IMG/VR virus record: IMGVR_UViG_3300042384_000211
Location: 1-64,000 of that record
DNA from: a virus
Direction: 5' to 3' (one strand)
DNA: 64,000 bases
Positions 47,734-60,517 of the stretch are shown here, one piece after another. Each line of letters starts with the position of its first letter. Position 1 is the first letter of the stretch. Both the position numbers and the translations under genes were made by a program. Under the pieces are notes generated by a model. That model saw only the letters and a list, made by a program, of their open reading frames with translations. It searched no databases and was not told the DNA's origin.

Positions 47734-48698
47734 TATTCTGCTACCTCAATTGTTTTAACCACTGCGGTCCAGCGGATTGTTTTATTTGCTGCACCTGTAA
47801 CATACAAGTTTATACTATTATTTGTGTCGTCTGCTCTAGCATCAACATCCCACGTTGCATCATCTTGTGCTACAACAATTTCGTACACATCGCCAACGTC
47901 AGCTACTGTACCTGAAAAATTATCCGCACAGCCTTCTAATTCCCATGCGGCAGATTCACCGGTGGCATCAGTTCTTCTTGCTACGATATGTATATCATAC
48001 AGTACCGTGGTATTTGTATTTACAGGCATTCTTGTACCTGCACCTACTGTTAGTATCTCTGTTTCTGTAGCATTAGTTGTTGTGCCGTGTAGGACATATT
48101 GACGTGTTACATACGTTCCTGTTCCCTGTGACACAAACCCAGTGACATTAATACTACCTGCGGTAACTGCACCAGAAACGTTTGCATTGGGCGGATTGAA
48201 ATCATTATTTTTACCTAACTCTACAGTGGTTCCATCACTGGTAAACATCCATTTACCATTGGTGTCTACACTGATAGATTCACTACCGATGTGGATTGTA
48301 CTACCGCTAAACCACCCCTCACGCCAACGTTGGGTTGGGCTGCCTAGATCAAACGTGACATTTGCTGCAGGTAGCAGACTGCCAGTAACATAGACATTAC
48401 TTAATGTACTTCCGCCGCCAATGTTACCAAATATTGTACCTGCTTTAATATTAGCATATTCACTAATTGTAATATTAGCATCAGTTCTACCCGAATTCGT
48501 AGTAAATGCTGTAGCAAAAGTATTAGCACTTTCATCCCAAAATAGTGCTATATTAGCCACTGTACCATTGGTACGATTCATTACAAAACCAATATCAATA
48601 TTTGCCTCAGTGCTGTTTTTATTCAACACGGTGATGGGATCTGAAATCGTGGTAACGACTGTGTTAATTTGATCTAAGCGCGGTCTGGTTAATGCCAT
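47733..48698 (-). CDS. Putative tail fibre/virion structural protein
   Basis: MALTRP start, LLPAANVTFDLGSPTQRWR motif, Thr/Asn-rich. Confidence 0.65.
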   Translation of the reverse strand: MALTRPRLDQINTVVTTISDPITVLNKNSTEANIDIGFVMNRTNGTVANIALFWDESANTFATAFTTNSGRTDANITISEYANIKAGTIFGNIGGGSTLSNVYVTGSLLPAANVTFDLGSPTQRWREGWFSGSTIHIGSESISVDTNGKWMFTSDGTTVELGKNNDFNPPNANVSGAVTAGSINVTGFVSQGTGTYVTRQYVLHGTTTNATETEILTVGAGTRMPVNTNTTVLYDIHIVARRTDATGESAAWELEGCADNFSGTVADVGDVYEIVVAQDDATWDVDARADDTNNSINLYVTGAANKTIRWTAVVKTIEVAE

Positions 48699-48736
48699 TG
48701 TATATGCTCTTTATCTTATTGTAGTATTTATACGAG

Positions 48737-48758
48737 AATAGGACCCGAAGGTCCTATT
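48737..48758. terminator. Hairpin, probable terminator
   Basis: AATAGGACC-CGAA-GGTCCTATT; U-tract is weak. Confidence 0.55.
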
Positions 48759-48777
48759 GTCTATAACAATATTACTA

Positions 48778-51700
48778 TTACGCTTGTGATTCTGTAAACG
48801 AAATTTGAATTTCTCCGCTGGCTGCAGTAGCAGTAATTGATGTAATGTTAATAGCCAATATCTCTGGACCATCTGGATAAACACCATTACCTGGAATTGC
48901 CGAAGTAACTAATTGTTTAACACGACTTAAATCCAGCACCCCAGAGTTCGTTTGGTTAACCGGAATAGCAAACAAACGTTCACCACCCGAGGCATACGTA
49001 CCACTTATGTACGACGGACTAGTTGAAAATTGAGTGAAACTTGGTTGAAATCCATTTGCCGCAGTATTTAAGTTAATCCATGTTGTTGCAGTAGCAGTAA
49101 TATTAGTTGGATTTAGAATACCTTCAATTAAGAAACGTGCGTTAGTACCAGTGTAGTTAACAACCATATCATTTAACTCTAATTGCGCACGATTAATTAA
49201 GTCACGTGTACCTAAGTCACCAATAATTGTATTACTTACACTAGGTGTTAAACGCATCAAGAATGCTGTTTTAACTCCGTTAGTTGTTGCTGGGAATGTA
49301 TAGTTCTGCGCACTGTAAGTAAATGAATAGCCTCGATCTTCATCAAATCCACCATCCATAATTACTGCAGAACCCCAGTGGTTTAACGTTGGTGCTGAGG
49401 TACAACTTAATACAGTTACCCCAGTACCCTCAGTATGACTTTCAGCAGTACCCATAGTAAATGATTTACTACTACCATCTTGCCATAGTGTAAATGCCGA
49501 TGCGCGAGTTAAATTGCCTAATCGATTTAAACTATAATCAATTGATGAATATTTAATAACTTCATTATCAACTACTACGTATACTGGATATGCCACTGAT
49601 GCTGGCGGAAATTGTGTTGCATCAACTAAATCCATTGATGTATCACCTGCAGAAATTGTAGCAATTAATTTATCTGTTGCGCTTTCATTATTTGCTGCAT
49701 AACGTACCGGTAAATTACCGGAACGCATATATGCTTCGTCATTCACGTTATTGTTTTTAATACGATGAACCATGATAAATGCACCATTCGGCCCACGTAA
49801 ACCATACTCAACAAAACCAGCACCGTACCACGCATATTGAATCATTAACATCTGCATCTTTGTTATATCGAGTTGGAAACCACTCGGACCAGTACCATCA
49901 ATTTTATCTAAATTAAACTGAGATTGTGGAATACGGAATTCATTTACTAATGCCATTTTAACACGAATTTGATTAGATGCGCCACGCCACGGTGGACTAA
50001 CTGTCATAGTATTGTTATCTGTGATGCTTGTAACAATATGACCCATGCCACGAATAACTACGCGACTATATTTGGTTAATTGTTCTGCAAAACGACATGT
50101 GCCATCACCAACAATTAAATTACTGCCAACTTCTGTAGTAACAAATCCGCAAAGTTGTAATGTGGCTGAACGTAATACTACATTTAAATTAGTACCAGTG
50201 TATTCCCAATATGCACCATTTTGATCATCATATATACCAGCACGTACAGTAGCCCCGTGCCAGCTAGCTAAATTAACTTTTGGTTGTACATCCATTTTTG
50301 GAGTTGCTGATCCTAACGTTTCTTGAGCAGTAACAGTAAATGAAGAATCACTTGTGATACTAGTTACACGATAATAATTATCATATCCACTTGTTGCAAT
50401 ATTGTTTAATTTAATATTAGCACCGATTTGTAAATAATGTTCATTTTCTGTAGTAATAGTAATAGTACTACTTAATGCAGTTGTACCATCGGCTGATATG
50501 TTGGCTACATCAAAGTTAGTTGATAATAGTGTACCTGAGCTCCAAAATAATCCCTTGCCAGATTGATAACGGAAGTATTTTTTACTTTGTCTTGCAGCCA
50601 TTGCGCCATGATGTGGAGTACCTGAACCAATATTTACACCGCCATCAAACGGTCTATGAATAAAGAAAGCACTTGCTTTAATATAGATTTTAGCAGTTAA
50701 ACTACCAGACACAGCAGCTCCGGATTTTCCTTGATATGTAAATGTAGTTGGAGTAGGGATACTTAAGATTGTAAATGAGCCATCACCCCATGCTACGTTA
50801 GTACCAGATAATAAATCAACGTTGATTGGTGTACCTGGACTCATACCGTGCGCATATGGTGTTGTGACTGTAATTGTACTCGGTGTTGCTTCATCACTAA
50901 CAATAGTTGATAATGGAATTGCAGCACCAGTAAATAATGCCGCCTTACGAATTTGTGTATCGTAACGATTCAATTGATAACCGATATTTAAATTAGTTGT
51001 TCTACGTGGATAATAGAACATATGATTAGTCTCAGCTGTCTGAAGTTGATACATCCCTTCCGTGTTAGCATTACTATGATTTGTTGTACTTATAAATGAA
51101 TGACTAACACCACCGTGTGCATTAACATTCATTCCAATTTGTGGAACGTATGTGCTACCAGCTTGATATAAACCAGTCATTCGTATAGCAATACTTCCTA
51201 CTGGAGCTGCCGAAATAGCAGTAGTTCCTACAGTACCACGACTAATTGTGGCGGCATTGGCTACTGCTGTTCCGATTGTAGTAGCTTTAACAATTTCAAC
51301 GTTTGATCCAGATCCTGTTAATGCATCAAAGTTAAGTTTTTGGATTACTGATCCTGATAATAAATTATCAGCACCTACAGTATTCATCCAACTACGATTT
51401 ATTGACATGTTAACATTACTTTCGATACTTGTAATAATACCAACTTCAACATTGCTTATTAAACGTACACTTTGACCACTTGTAATGTTAACATTACCGG
51501 AGTTTGTATTTAAACGTCGACGGGTAACTGTTAAATTTGTTGATGTACCGCCAGCAGTTACAGTCATCAATTCCCATAGGTCAGTAGTATCGGTTTGAAC
51601 CATAATAGTCGCACCTGTGGCAATAGCTGTACCGGATCCAACTACCAATGTAGTTGTAGCACCAGACGAAATTGTAGTTGTTACTGTTGTTGTATCAGCG

Positions 51701-52446
51701 AGACCCAGATATGCTAATAATAGTTGATCGTTTACAGCAAATCCAGCAGTATTAGCTACTGTTAGACTACGTTGATTACTATTAATTACGTTAGCTGTAG
51801 TATATGTTTGAACGTTTGCGCCTGCTACATATGGATTAACAATTAACATGTAATCATTTTGTGTCCAGTTTGGTGACGCAACACCGGTTTGATTCATTAA
51901 CGTAATACTTGTTGTACCAGTACTTGTAATTGGAGTTTGTCCAATAAATGTTACATACCCTGCGGTATTAGAAGTAAGTTCACTACCCGGTAATTCATAT
52001 AAACTTGGAATATCGTTATTTAAAAATATCGATTGCCATTTAGTATTTTGTAACCCATACTCAAAGTCAGCATCGATTAATGATTTTGGGTTTGATACCC
52101 GCATCCGTTCAATAGCATCAGTACCAAATGGCCATGGTCGTATTGTTTGACTTTCTGCTTCGACGTATACACCTAGACTATCAGCTGCACTCATCGTGGC
52201 GGTACTGGTTGTAAATATTAGGGTAGTGACACCATCTTGCCCTTGCGGGAAATCTGCATCATATGCCGCTGACCATGTTACTACGCCGCCTAATAATGGA
52301 TCAGCAAAGTTATATATAAAAGTTTGATCTGTAGCATTTAATATTGTTAAAATATCTGAAATATCATAATTGCCTGATATTTTAACTTTTCCAACTCCTG
52401 CGCCACCTGGTGTAAATACGTAATTTTTAATTTGTTGTCTTGCCAT
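48778..52446 (-). CDS. Large virion structural protein (1222 aa)
   Basis: Thr/Gly-rich beta protein in the structural block; RMRVSNP.SLIDADFEYGLQ and RQSKKYFRYQSGKG. Confidence 0.7.
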   Translation of the reverse strand: MARQQIKNYVFTPGGAGVGKVKISGNYDISDILTILNATDQTFIYNFADPLLGGVVTWSAAYDADFPQGQDGVTTLIFTTSTATMSAADSLGVYVEAESQTIRPWPFGTDAIERMRVSNPKSLIDADFEYGLQNTKWQSIFLNNDIPSLYELPGSELTSNTAGYVTFIGQTPITSTGTTSITLMNQTGVASPNWTQNDYMLIVNPYVAGANVQTYTTANVINSNQRSLTVANTAGFAVNDQLLLAYLGLADTTTVTTTISSGATTTLVVGSGTAIATGATIMVQTDTTDLWELMTVTAGGTSTNLTVTRRRLNTNSGNVNITSGQSVRLISNVEVGIITSIESNVNMSINRSWMNTVGADNLLSGSVIQKLNFDALTGSGSNVEIVKATTIGTAVANAATISRGTVGTTAISAAPVGSIAIRMTGLYQAGSTYVPQIGMNVNAHGGVSHSFISTTNHSNANTEGMYQLQTAETNHMFYYPRRTTNLNIGYQLNRYDTQIRKAALFTGAAIPLSTIVSDEATPSTITVTTPYAHGMSPGTPINVDLLSGTNVAWGDGSFTILSIPTPTTFTYQGKSGAAVSGSLTAKIYIKASAFFIHRPFDGGVNIGSGTPHHGAMAARQSKKYFRYQSGKGLFWSSGTLLSTNFDVANISADGTTALSSTITITTENEHYLQIGANIKLNNIATSGYDNYYRVTSITSDSSFTVTAQETLGSATPKMDVQPKVNLASWHGATVRAGIYDDQNGAYWEYTGTNLNVVLRSATLQLCGFVTTEVGSNLIVGDGTCRFAEQLTKYSRVVIRGMGHIVTSITDNNTMTVSPPWRGASNQIRVKMALVNEFRIPQSQFNLDKIDGTGPSGFQLDITKMQMLMIQYAWYGAGFVEYGLRGPNGAFIMVHRIKNNNVNDEAYMRSGNLPVRYAANNESATDKLIATISAGDTSMDLVDATQFPPASVAYPVYVVVDNEVIKYSSIDYSLNRLGNLTRASAFTLWQDGSSKSFTMGTAESHTEGTGVTVLSCTSAPTLNHWGSAVIMDGGFDEDRGYSFTYSAQNYTFPATTNGVKTAFLMRLTPSVSNTIIGDLGTRDLINRAQLELNDMVVNYTGTNARFLIEGILNPTNITATATTWINLNTAANGFQPSFTQFSTSPSYISGTYASGGERLFAIPVNQTNSGVLDLSRVKQLVTSAIPGNGVYPDGPEILAINITSITATAASGEIQISFTESQA

Positions 52447-52448
52447 TT

Positions 52449-52853
52449 TTATGTCCCGAAAATAATAGAATTTGCTAACAATCTAGCTTTTAATGTTGCT
52501 GATAATTTATCGTACTGTAATGTTGAATCTGTTAATTTAGCATTTGTGATAGTTCCGTCACTTGGTATTCCAGAATCTAATACATCACCATATACTATCA
52601 CGTGCCATGTATTTAACCATGCACTCGTTGGTGCTGTATTAAATACGATGGTGGCATTATTGAAATAATAATCTACCCCAGGAATTAATACGTTGCCTAC
52701 TGCCACTGCAATAGTAGCATTGGGATTACTAACTGTGTATGCTTGTCCGGATACAGTAGTGTTAAATGTTGATAAATTTCCATTAAATTGAGAAGAAATA
52801 TTATCTAACTTAACAAAATTTCCTACCTGTGGTGTTTGACCTATGTAAGCCAT
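52449..52853 (-). CDS. Virion structural protein
   Basis: MAYIGQTP..., DYY...IVF..AP pattern shared with the next gene. Confidence 0.6.
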   Translation of the reverse strand: MAYIGQTPQVGNFVKLDNISSQFNGNLSTFNTTVSGQAYTVSNPNATIAVAVGNVLIPGVDYYFNNATIVFNTAPTSAWLNTWHVIVYGDVLDSGIPSDGTITNAKLTDSTLQYDKLSATLKARLLANSIIFGT

Positions 52854-52861
52854 ATATTCTC

Positions 52862-54793
52862 CTAAACTCTACCAACAACTACTTCAATTACGCCTTCCGG
52901 GCCATCAAAGTTTTCTAATGCTTTACCAATTACTGATCCAACATGTGGATTGGCTTCTGCTCTTGCTCGGCCATTGCCTGCACTTACCATCATGTCACCT
53001 TTGCGCACAGTACCTTGTACTAGGCATGGAACACGACCTGTTAATGCTAGTGCCACTACATTATCACCCACTAATCCAGTGTTCATTAAGTGCGCTGGTG
53101 CAGTAGATACTACTCCTGCAACACGTGAGCACATGTCTGTGTCACATTGTAAAACTTCAAACTCTCCACCAAAGTGTAATACTGTACCCGGAGCATAGGC
53201 TGCATCTGCTTGATAATTTTCTGCCAAGTCAGCGTATTGTGCTGATGTTGCTCGAGCATGCACAGTGTTAAATGTCGACCCAACTGCACCAATATTACCT
53301 ACACCAGTTGTGCCGCTTTTAACGATTGCTGGAGTAGTAATTTGAGTAGTAAATGTTGGGCTTGTACCAAATACTAACGCACCTGTACCAGTTTCATCTG
53401 TTACAGCAGCTAATAAGTTAGCACTTGATGGAGTTCCTAAGAACGTTGCTATACCTGTACCAAAGCTAGTAATACCAGTACCACCACTTGCAACCGGTAA
53501 TGTGCCTGTGGTCAATGCACTTGTACTTGTTGCGTATACTGCGCCACCATTTGTAAATGATGTTAAACCAGTGCCGCCTTGTGCTGTGCCTACTGCGGTA
53601 AATCCTGTGCCTAATGCACCACCTGTTAATGTGCCAACACTTGTAATGTTAGTTTGTGCAGCTGTTTGTAATGTACCTGTTAAGTTTGTTGTGAAGATAT
53701 TACCTGCATATACATTACCTACAACACCCACGCCACCTTTAACCTGCAATGCACCTGTGGTAGTCGACGTTGACGTAATTGTACTGTATACAAAATTAAT
53801 GCCATAGCTAGATATCGTAGTTTGTACACTTAGGTTAGCTAAGTTACCAACTGTAGTAATACTAGTACCACCAGCAATTGTACCAAAAATATTATCAGCA
53901 GTAATATTACCAACTATTAGATTGGCATAGTTAAAACTAACATTGCCAGTATCAATAACCGTAGTTGGTTGTACAGTTAAATTATCAAATAATTTATAGT
54001 CACCATCTGTAATATCACGGAACAAACCTGTGTATCGTTGTGTACCATCATTGTATGTACTTGTGAATCCAGTATCTAAGCTATCACCTAAGTTGTTATT
54101 GGCCAAGAACACAAACGGAGTATCAATAATTAAACTATCAGATGATGTAGTATTAAATGCACCAGCTACTGTAAACGCACCAGCTACATCTAAACTGCCA
54201 CCAACAAATATATCTTTTGTAACACCAACACCGCCACCAACTATTAATGCTCCGGTAGTAGTATTGGTTGATTGAGTTGTACCTGTTGCATGTATAGTAC
54301 CACCAACATGCAATGCCTGACTAATACCTGCGCCGCCGGTGACTACTATTGCACCAGTTGTAGTTGATGTTGACGTTGGGCTGTCTGTTACTTTTAATCT
54401 AGTATTGCCCGATACAGTAAGTCCTAGTGTAGTTGTACTCGGCCAGTATATACCTGTTGATGGTGCATCAGCTGCACGAATTGACGGATCAACTGTAGTA
54501 CCTACAGGGAAAGAATTTGACGTAAGATTAATTGTAGTTAATGCACCAGCTTTATAACTAATATTAATATTGTTTGTGCCACTAGCTGGAGCAGAAACAA
54601 ATAATAAAGTTTTATTCTGCGCTGTGTAATCAACTTCTGGAACCTGCACAGTACTGCCAACAAATACTAGTATATCTGCGGCTTTACTAACTGCACGATT
54701 TAACGTAAATTCAAGGTCAGAGGCATTCCCGCTAAGTTGTTGGGTACTGGTAGCAACCGTAGATTGCTGAGGTTGTAAACCAATATAAGCCAT
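52862..54793 (-). CDS. Tail fibre protein with a C-terminal autoproteolytic-chaperone-like domain
   Basis: STTTGAL.V.GG.G repeats; C-terminal domain homologous to that of 44887-47733. Confidence 0.75.
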   Translation of the reverse strand: MAYIGLQPQQSTVATSTQQLSGNASDLEFTLNRAVSKAADILVFVGSTVQVPEVDYTAQNKTLLFVSAPASGTNNINISYKAGALTTINLTSNSFPVGTTVDPSIRAADAPSTGIYWPSTTTLGLTVSGNTRLKVTDSPTSTSTTTGAIVVTGGAGISQALHVGGTIHATGTTQSTNTTTGALIVGGGVGVTKDIFVGGSLDVAGAFTVAGAFNTTSSDSLIIDTPFVFLANNNLGDSLDTGFTSTYNDGTQRYTGLFRDITDGDYKLFDNLTVQPTTVIDTGNVSFNYANLIVGNITADNIFGTIAGGTSITTVGNLANLSVQTTISSYGINFVYSTITSTSTTTGALQVKGGVGVVGNVYAGNIFTTNLTGTLQTAAQTNITSVGTLTGGALGTGFTAVGTAQGGTGLTSFTNGGAVYATSTSALTTGTLPVASGGTGITSFGTGIATFLGTPSSANLLAAVTDETGTGALVFGTSPTFTTQITTPAIVKSGTTGVGNIGAVGSTFNTVHARATSAQYADLAENYQADAAYAPGTVLHFGGEFEVLQCDTDMCSRVAGVVSTAPAHLMNTGLVGDNVVALALTGRVPCLVQGTVRKGDMMVSAGNGRARAEANPHVGSVIGKALENFDGPEGVIEVVVGRV

Positions 54794-54794
54794 A

Positions 54795-55127
54795 TTATGT
54801 TATCTCCATGATGCTCAAAACTGCGTCAAGTGATGATGCCGAATCACTTTTAATTTTAACTGAATCACCTTCAGCTAAAATAATTTTTTGTTCGCCGCCA
54901 ATCGGCACTAACGCACCACCCGCGGATATCGGAGCAGCTTTAACAACGTAATGTTCGTTTGTTCCGTCATTTACTGTAATATCAACTGCTACCGTAGCAC
55001 CCGATGTATTACAAACAGTTAGCCCAACTATTACCGCAGTGGTATCTGCTGCAACAGTGTAGCCGCCAATTGCCGTTAATGATGTACCTACGTTTCTACT
55101 TAATTTTCTATAAAATGTATTTGCCAT
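54795..55127 (-). CDS. Small virion structural protein
   Basis: MANTF...KIIL..GD.VK...SIMEIT. Confidence 0.6.
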   Translation of the reverse strand: MANTFYRKLSRNVGTSLTAIGGYTVAADTTAVIVGLTVCNTSGATVAVDITVNDGTNEHYVVKAAPISAGGALVPIGGEQKIILAEGDSVKIKSDSASSLDAVLSIMEIT

Positions 55128-55131
55128 ATAA

Positions 55132-56592
55132 TTATCCTAATGCGATCGCTAAAGCGGTTGCGTCATCCGTTGTTGCTACTATTGCTCCACCTACTGTAAT
55201 TTGGTTTGTAGTGTCGTTAAAAGTTAAATTTGCGCTACCACCAAAATCGTTTCCGTTATTATATTGTATGTATGAATCCGAACCAGCTACAATAGCAGCT
55301 TTTGTTTGTGTGCCACCGCCACCAAATGTAATCTCTGGTGCATTTATAGTACCGGTGCCATTTAAATTAAAATCTATATTACCGTCTGTGCTTGCTGACA
55401 ATGTAATAGTTGCACGACCTAAATCTCTATTAGTAGATAATACTAAATTGTATGCACCAAAACTTGAAATATTAGCTGCTGTACTACCATCACCTACATA
55501 AAGATGTGATAGTGCAGTAACAACGCCTATTCCGCTTGGGTTAAGTTCAATGTTACCATCATCACTTTGTACTAATGTAATTTTTGGAGCATTTGCACCT
55601 GTGTCATTGGTAGTTAACGTTAAATCATAACTACCTTTAGATGTAACTACGCCAGCGGCACTACCACTACCAACAGTAACATTTCCTGTAACTGCAAGTG
55701 CTGTTAATGTGCCCACGGCGGTAATTGCTGTTTGACTTGCAGTTTGTATATTACCAGTTAAATTAGTTGCATAGACTTCAGCCCATTTCTGATCGGCGCT
55801 ACCTAACTGATAAGTTGAATCTGTATTCGGAATAACATTGCTGTTTACATCTGCACCAAATACAACATTATCTGTATTACTATCACCAAGTGTTAGTGTG
55901 CCACCGTTGAGTGTGCTTAAACCATGTACAGTTAAATTACCTTGTACTGTTGCATCACCAGCAACACTTAATGATGTTAAGTTACCAACTGTGGTAATAT
56001 TTGTTTGACTTGCTGTTTGAATTGTGCCTGTTAGATTAGTAGCAAACACATTGGCCCATTTCTGTCCCGAGCTGCCTAAATGATAAGTTGCATCCGTGTT
56101 TGGAATAATACTACTATTAATATCAGCACCAAATACAACATTATCAGTATCAGTATCACCAAGGGTTAGTGTCCCACCGTTGAGAGTAGTTAGACCTTGT
56201 ACTGTTAGGTTGCCAAAGACTGTAGCAGCACCTGCAACACTCAATGATGTTAAGTTACCAACTGTGGTTAAACTTGAATTTACCACTGCTGCACCAAGTG
56301 TGGTTGCATTTAGAACTGATGTACCGTTAATGGCGTATCTATTACCTGCGGCTAAACTAACACCATCTGCGTCAACTGTATGTTCAGTCGTGCCATCCAC
56401 AACAATATAAACTGTTGACCCACTGCCAGTGTCGTTGATAGAAATACTGCTGTCGTTTTTTGTAATCTGACTAACGCCAACACTACCTGAGATGTTTACG
56501 TTACCGGATGTATTGATATCGCCTGTTGCGGCATCGATTGTTAGGGCACCGACCGTGAGTCCGTTGTGGACCACGAAGTTTTTGTTAGCCAT
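55132..56592 (-). CDS. Tail fibre-like protein; probable start MANKNFVVHNGL at 56592
   Basis: Internal duplicated segment (GGTLTLGD..TDNVVFGAD.NS..IPNTD); ends ALAIALG; the ORF-track start falls in a terminator. Confidence 0.7.
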   Translation of the reverse strand: MANKNFVVHNGLTVGALTIDAATGDINTSGNVNISGSVGVSQITKNDSSISINDTGSGSTVYIVVDGTTEHTVDADGVSLAAGNRYAINGTSVLNATTLGAAVVNSSLTTVGNLTSLSVAGAATVFGNLTVQGLTTLNGGTLTLGDTDTDNVVFGADINSSIIPNTDATYHLGSSGQKWANVFATNLTGTIQTASQTNITTVGNLTSLSVAGDATVQGNLTVHGLSTLNGGTLTLGDSNTDNVVFGADVNSNVIPNTDSTYQLGSADQKWAEVYATNLTGNIQTASQTAITAVGTLTALAVTGNVTVGSGSAAGVVTSKGSYDLTLTTNDTGANAPKITLVQSDDGNIELNPSGIGVVTALSHLYVGDGSTAANISSFGAYNLVLSTNRDLGRATITLSASTDGNIDFNLNGTGTINAPEITFGGGGTQTKAAIVAGSDSYIQYNNGNDFGGSANLTFNDTTNQITVGGAIVATTDDATALAIALG

Positions 56593-56662
56593 TGTTCCAT
56601 ATCTCCCAAATGTGCTATTTGCTTTATAGTTATTTATACAAATCAACAAAGTAATAGAGGTC

Positions 56663-56691
56663 AAAAAAATAGCACCCGAAGGTGCTATTTT
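56663..56691 (-). terminator. Intrinsic terminator after groEL
   Basis: AAAATAGCACC-ttcg-GGTGCTA followed by a T7 run on the minus strand. Confidence 0.85.
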
Positions 56692-56715
56692 AAGAACAAT
56701 TAACTAGTCAGTTAA

Positions 56716-58631
<1,916 letters not shown>

Positions 58632-58632
58632 T

Positions 58633-58689
58633 TCTTACTCCTTTATTAAGCAAATAAAATTTTCGTTCCGCCCTATTATAGGCACGAAA
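58633..58689 (-). promoter_or_regulatory. Putative ROSE-like RNA thermometer in the groES 5' UTR
   Basis: UUAUUU(G)CUU pairs with AAGGAGUAA, leaving a bulged G opposite the SD; a second hairpin lies upstream. Confidence 0.55.
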
Positions 58690-58694
58690 CAACT

Positions 58695-58723
58695 AGTATA
58701 TACTAGAAAAATATTTATGTCAA
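58695..58723 (-). promoter_or_regulatory. Sigma70-type promoter for groES-groEL
   Basis: TTGACA-17-TATACT. Confidence 0.65.
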
Positions 58724-59223
58724 CTGTTTTTGATTAATTTATAATTAGAAAACTGTCCAACAATCAACGGTAATATTTCGTCAGCGTGTTCATCGGTTAA
58801 GTTGCTTAAGATACGATTTAAGTAAGCAGGCAACACCTGAAAATTGTCTGGATGGTTAATTTGAGCATCAGTCCAACCAAGTGCCTTGGCTCTAGATTTA
58901 GGAACAATATGATCCAATTGCGGCTCATGCCATTCCCATTCGCAACCGGTTTCTACTTTGTTGTCGCCGCGACCCCAATCATACAATCGAATAATTCCTG
59001 TACCACTGGTCCAAGTATCTGGTGCCTTTTGGTACATAAGTTCTGTTTCGGCATCTGTCCAGCGATACTTAGATTTATAGTATCCAAATATCACTACACG
59101 TTTCAAATCACGAGTCTCGCAAAATTCATTAAACAGATCGATTGTATAATACGTACTGTCGTCAAAACTTGTACAAGGCTCGCGATTTACAATGCTCTCA
59201 TTGATTATATCGTGCTGTTTCAT
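58720..59223 (-). CDS. HNH-type endonuclease-like protein
   Basis: QLDHIVPKS...DNFQVL...LN...SN. Confidence 0.65.
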   Translation of the reverse strand: MKQHDIINESIVNREPCTSFDDSTYYTIDLFNEFCETRDLKRVVIFGYYKSKYRWTDAETELMYQKAPDTWTSGTGIIRLYDWGRGDNKVETGCEWEWHEPQLDHIVPKSRAKALGWTDAQINHPDNFQVLPAYLNRILSNLTDEHADEILPLIVGQFSNYKLIKNS

Positions 59224-59224
59224 A

Positions 59225-60427
59225 TTAGACCAATGCTAGTTTAAACTGTTTAAATCCAGTTGGCCAAGTTGGTTCTGTCCAATTAATTTCTGGAGCATAT
59301 TTCTTACAAACTTGCCAAATGCCGTGCGCAATAATCATTTCCTCTGGAACACGGCTGTTATTATAATCACTCCAAGTTTGATGTTTGTAAGCATCTTTGA
59401 TATTTTTGTGTAACTGGTTACCCATGTTATTTTTCTGCCAACGTTTACGTAATGCATTCATTAACGCATAATCAACGACATCATCTGTTTCAACAATTCG
59501 TTGGTATTTAAGAAATTCACTAATACCCCAAGTATTAGCAGTTTGGAACTTGCTAGTTGGAAATAACTGCGCATTTAATGTTGTAGCACGTGTAAAATGA
59601 TCTTGGCCATACCTGATACGATAATTAATCATGTTACCGATGCCAGTAAGTACTAGTGCAAAGCTACCCGTACTCTTGTCTGTTTTTTCAGTAACAGTTA
59701 CTCCTAAATTAGCAAACAATTCGCTAAGTTCATAACTAATTGCATCTTCTGCTTCACTAGGCATGCCTGCATCACGTGCAGCTTGCTCACGTTGCACACG
59801 GATACGATAGCGGTCAAACTCACTAGCAACCAAGCTGTGAATGTTAATAGCTGCGTACTGTGCTACGTCCCAAAACTCATCATCACTTTCAATATAGCTG
59901 ATAGGCACTTGCTCAATACCTAATATAATACAAGCCAAAATACGGTGTTGAGCATCGTTAACAAACAAACGGCCGTTACTGTCTAACCGACCAACGCCAG
60001 GTAATACCAGCCCTGGATTAAAACGGAAGATAATATCACCAAAGATATGACGCAAGAATACGTCACGTTGTTTTTCAGCATTTTTAACTAGAATTACAAT
60101 ATCATGCAAACTAGTTGGATCATAGTTAAGTGGTTTTGTTTCAAGTTTTTTAGCCGCATCTGCTAGGCTGTTGTACTCCGGCAAATCAATGCCCAGTAAT
60201 GGATTGTCGGTACCCATCAGTACTAACTTATTAAGTGAAAAGATTACTACTTCTACAAGAGTAGGACGCTTTCCTAGCGACCGAGTATTAACATACTCCG
60301 GAATACGTGCTAGACGAGCTTTTTGTTCTGTTAAGGTCAACGAGTTCCATGGCACACGGTTTGCTTTTGGGCCAAGTACTTTGAATAAGTCCGCACCGAA
60401 TTGTGCTGAGATTTTTGGATGGTACAT
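59225..60427 (-). CDS. ParB/Srx-like (DGQHR-type) domain protein
   Basis: GRLFVNDAQHRILAC..LGI..VPI followed by QY..IN. Confidence 0.6.
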   Translation of the reverse strand: MYHPKISAQFGADLFKVLGPKANRVPWNSLTLTEQKARLARIPEYVNTRSLGKRPTLVEVVIFSLNKLVLMGTDNPLLGIDLPEYNSLADAAKKLETKPLNYDPTSLHDIVILVKNAEKQRDVFLRHIFGDIIFRFNPGLVLPGVGRLDSNGRLFVNDAQHRILACIILGIEQVPISYIESDDEFWDVAQYAAINIHSLVASEFDRYRIRVQREQAARDAGMPSEAEDAISYELSELFANLGVTVTEKTDKSTGSFALVLTGIGNMINYRIRYGQDHFTRATTLNAQLFPTSKFQTANTWGISEFLKYQRIVETDDVVDYALMNALRKRWQKNNMGNQLHKNIKDAYKHQTWSDYNNSRVPEEMIIAHGIWQVCKKYAPEINWTEPTWPTGFKQFKLALV

Positions 60428-60517
60428 ATAATTTCCTTTATATAAAAGTACGCTTGATCAACAATGCGTATTACTGCAATTAAAAATAAAGTGTTTGATA
60501 TCACAAACACAAATACA

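Noticed and set aside
58632-58700. CIRCE or sigma32 control of groES-groEL
   Set aside because: No TTAGCACTC-N9-GAGTGCTAA or sigma32 consensus is visible; a sigma70 promoter and a ROSE-like hairpin fit better.
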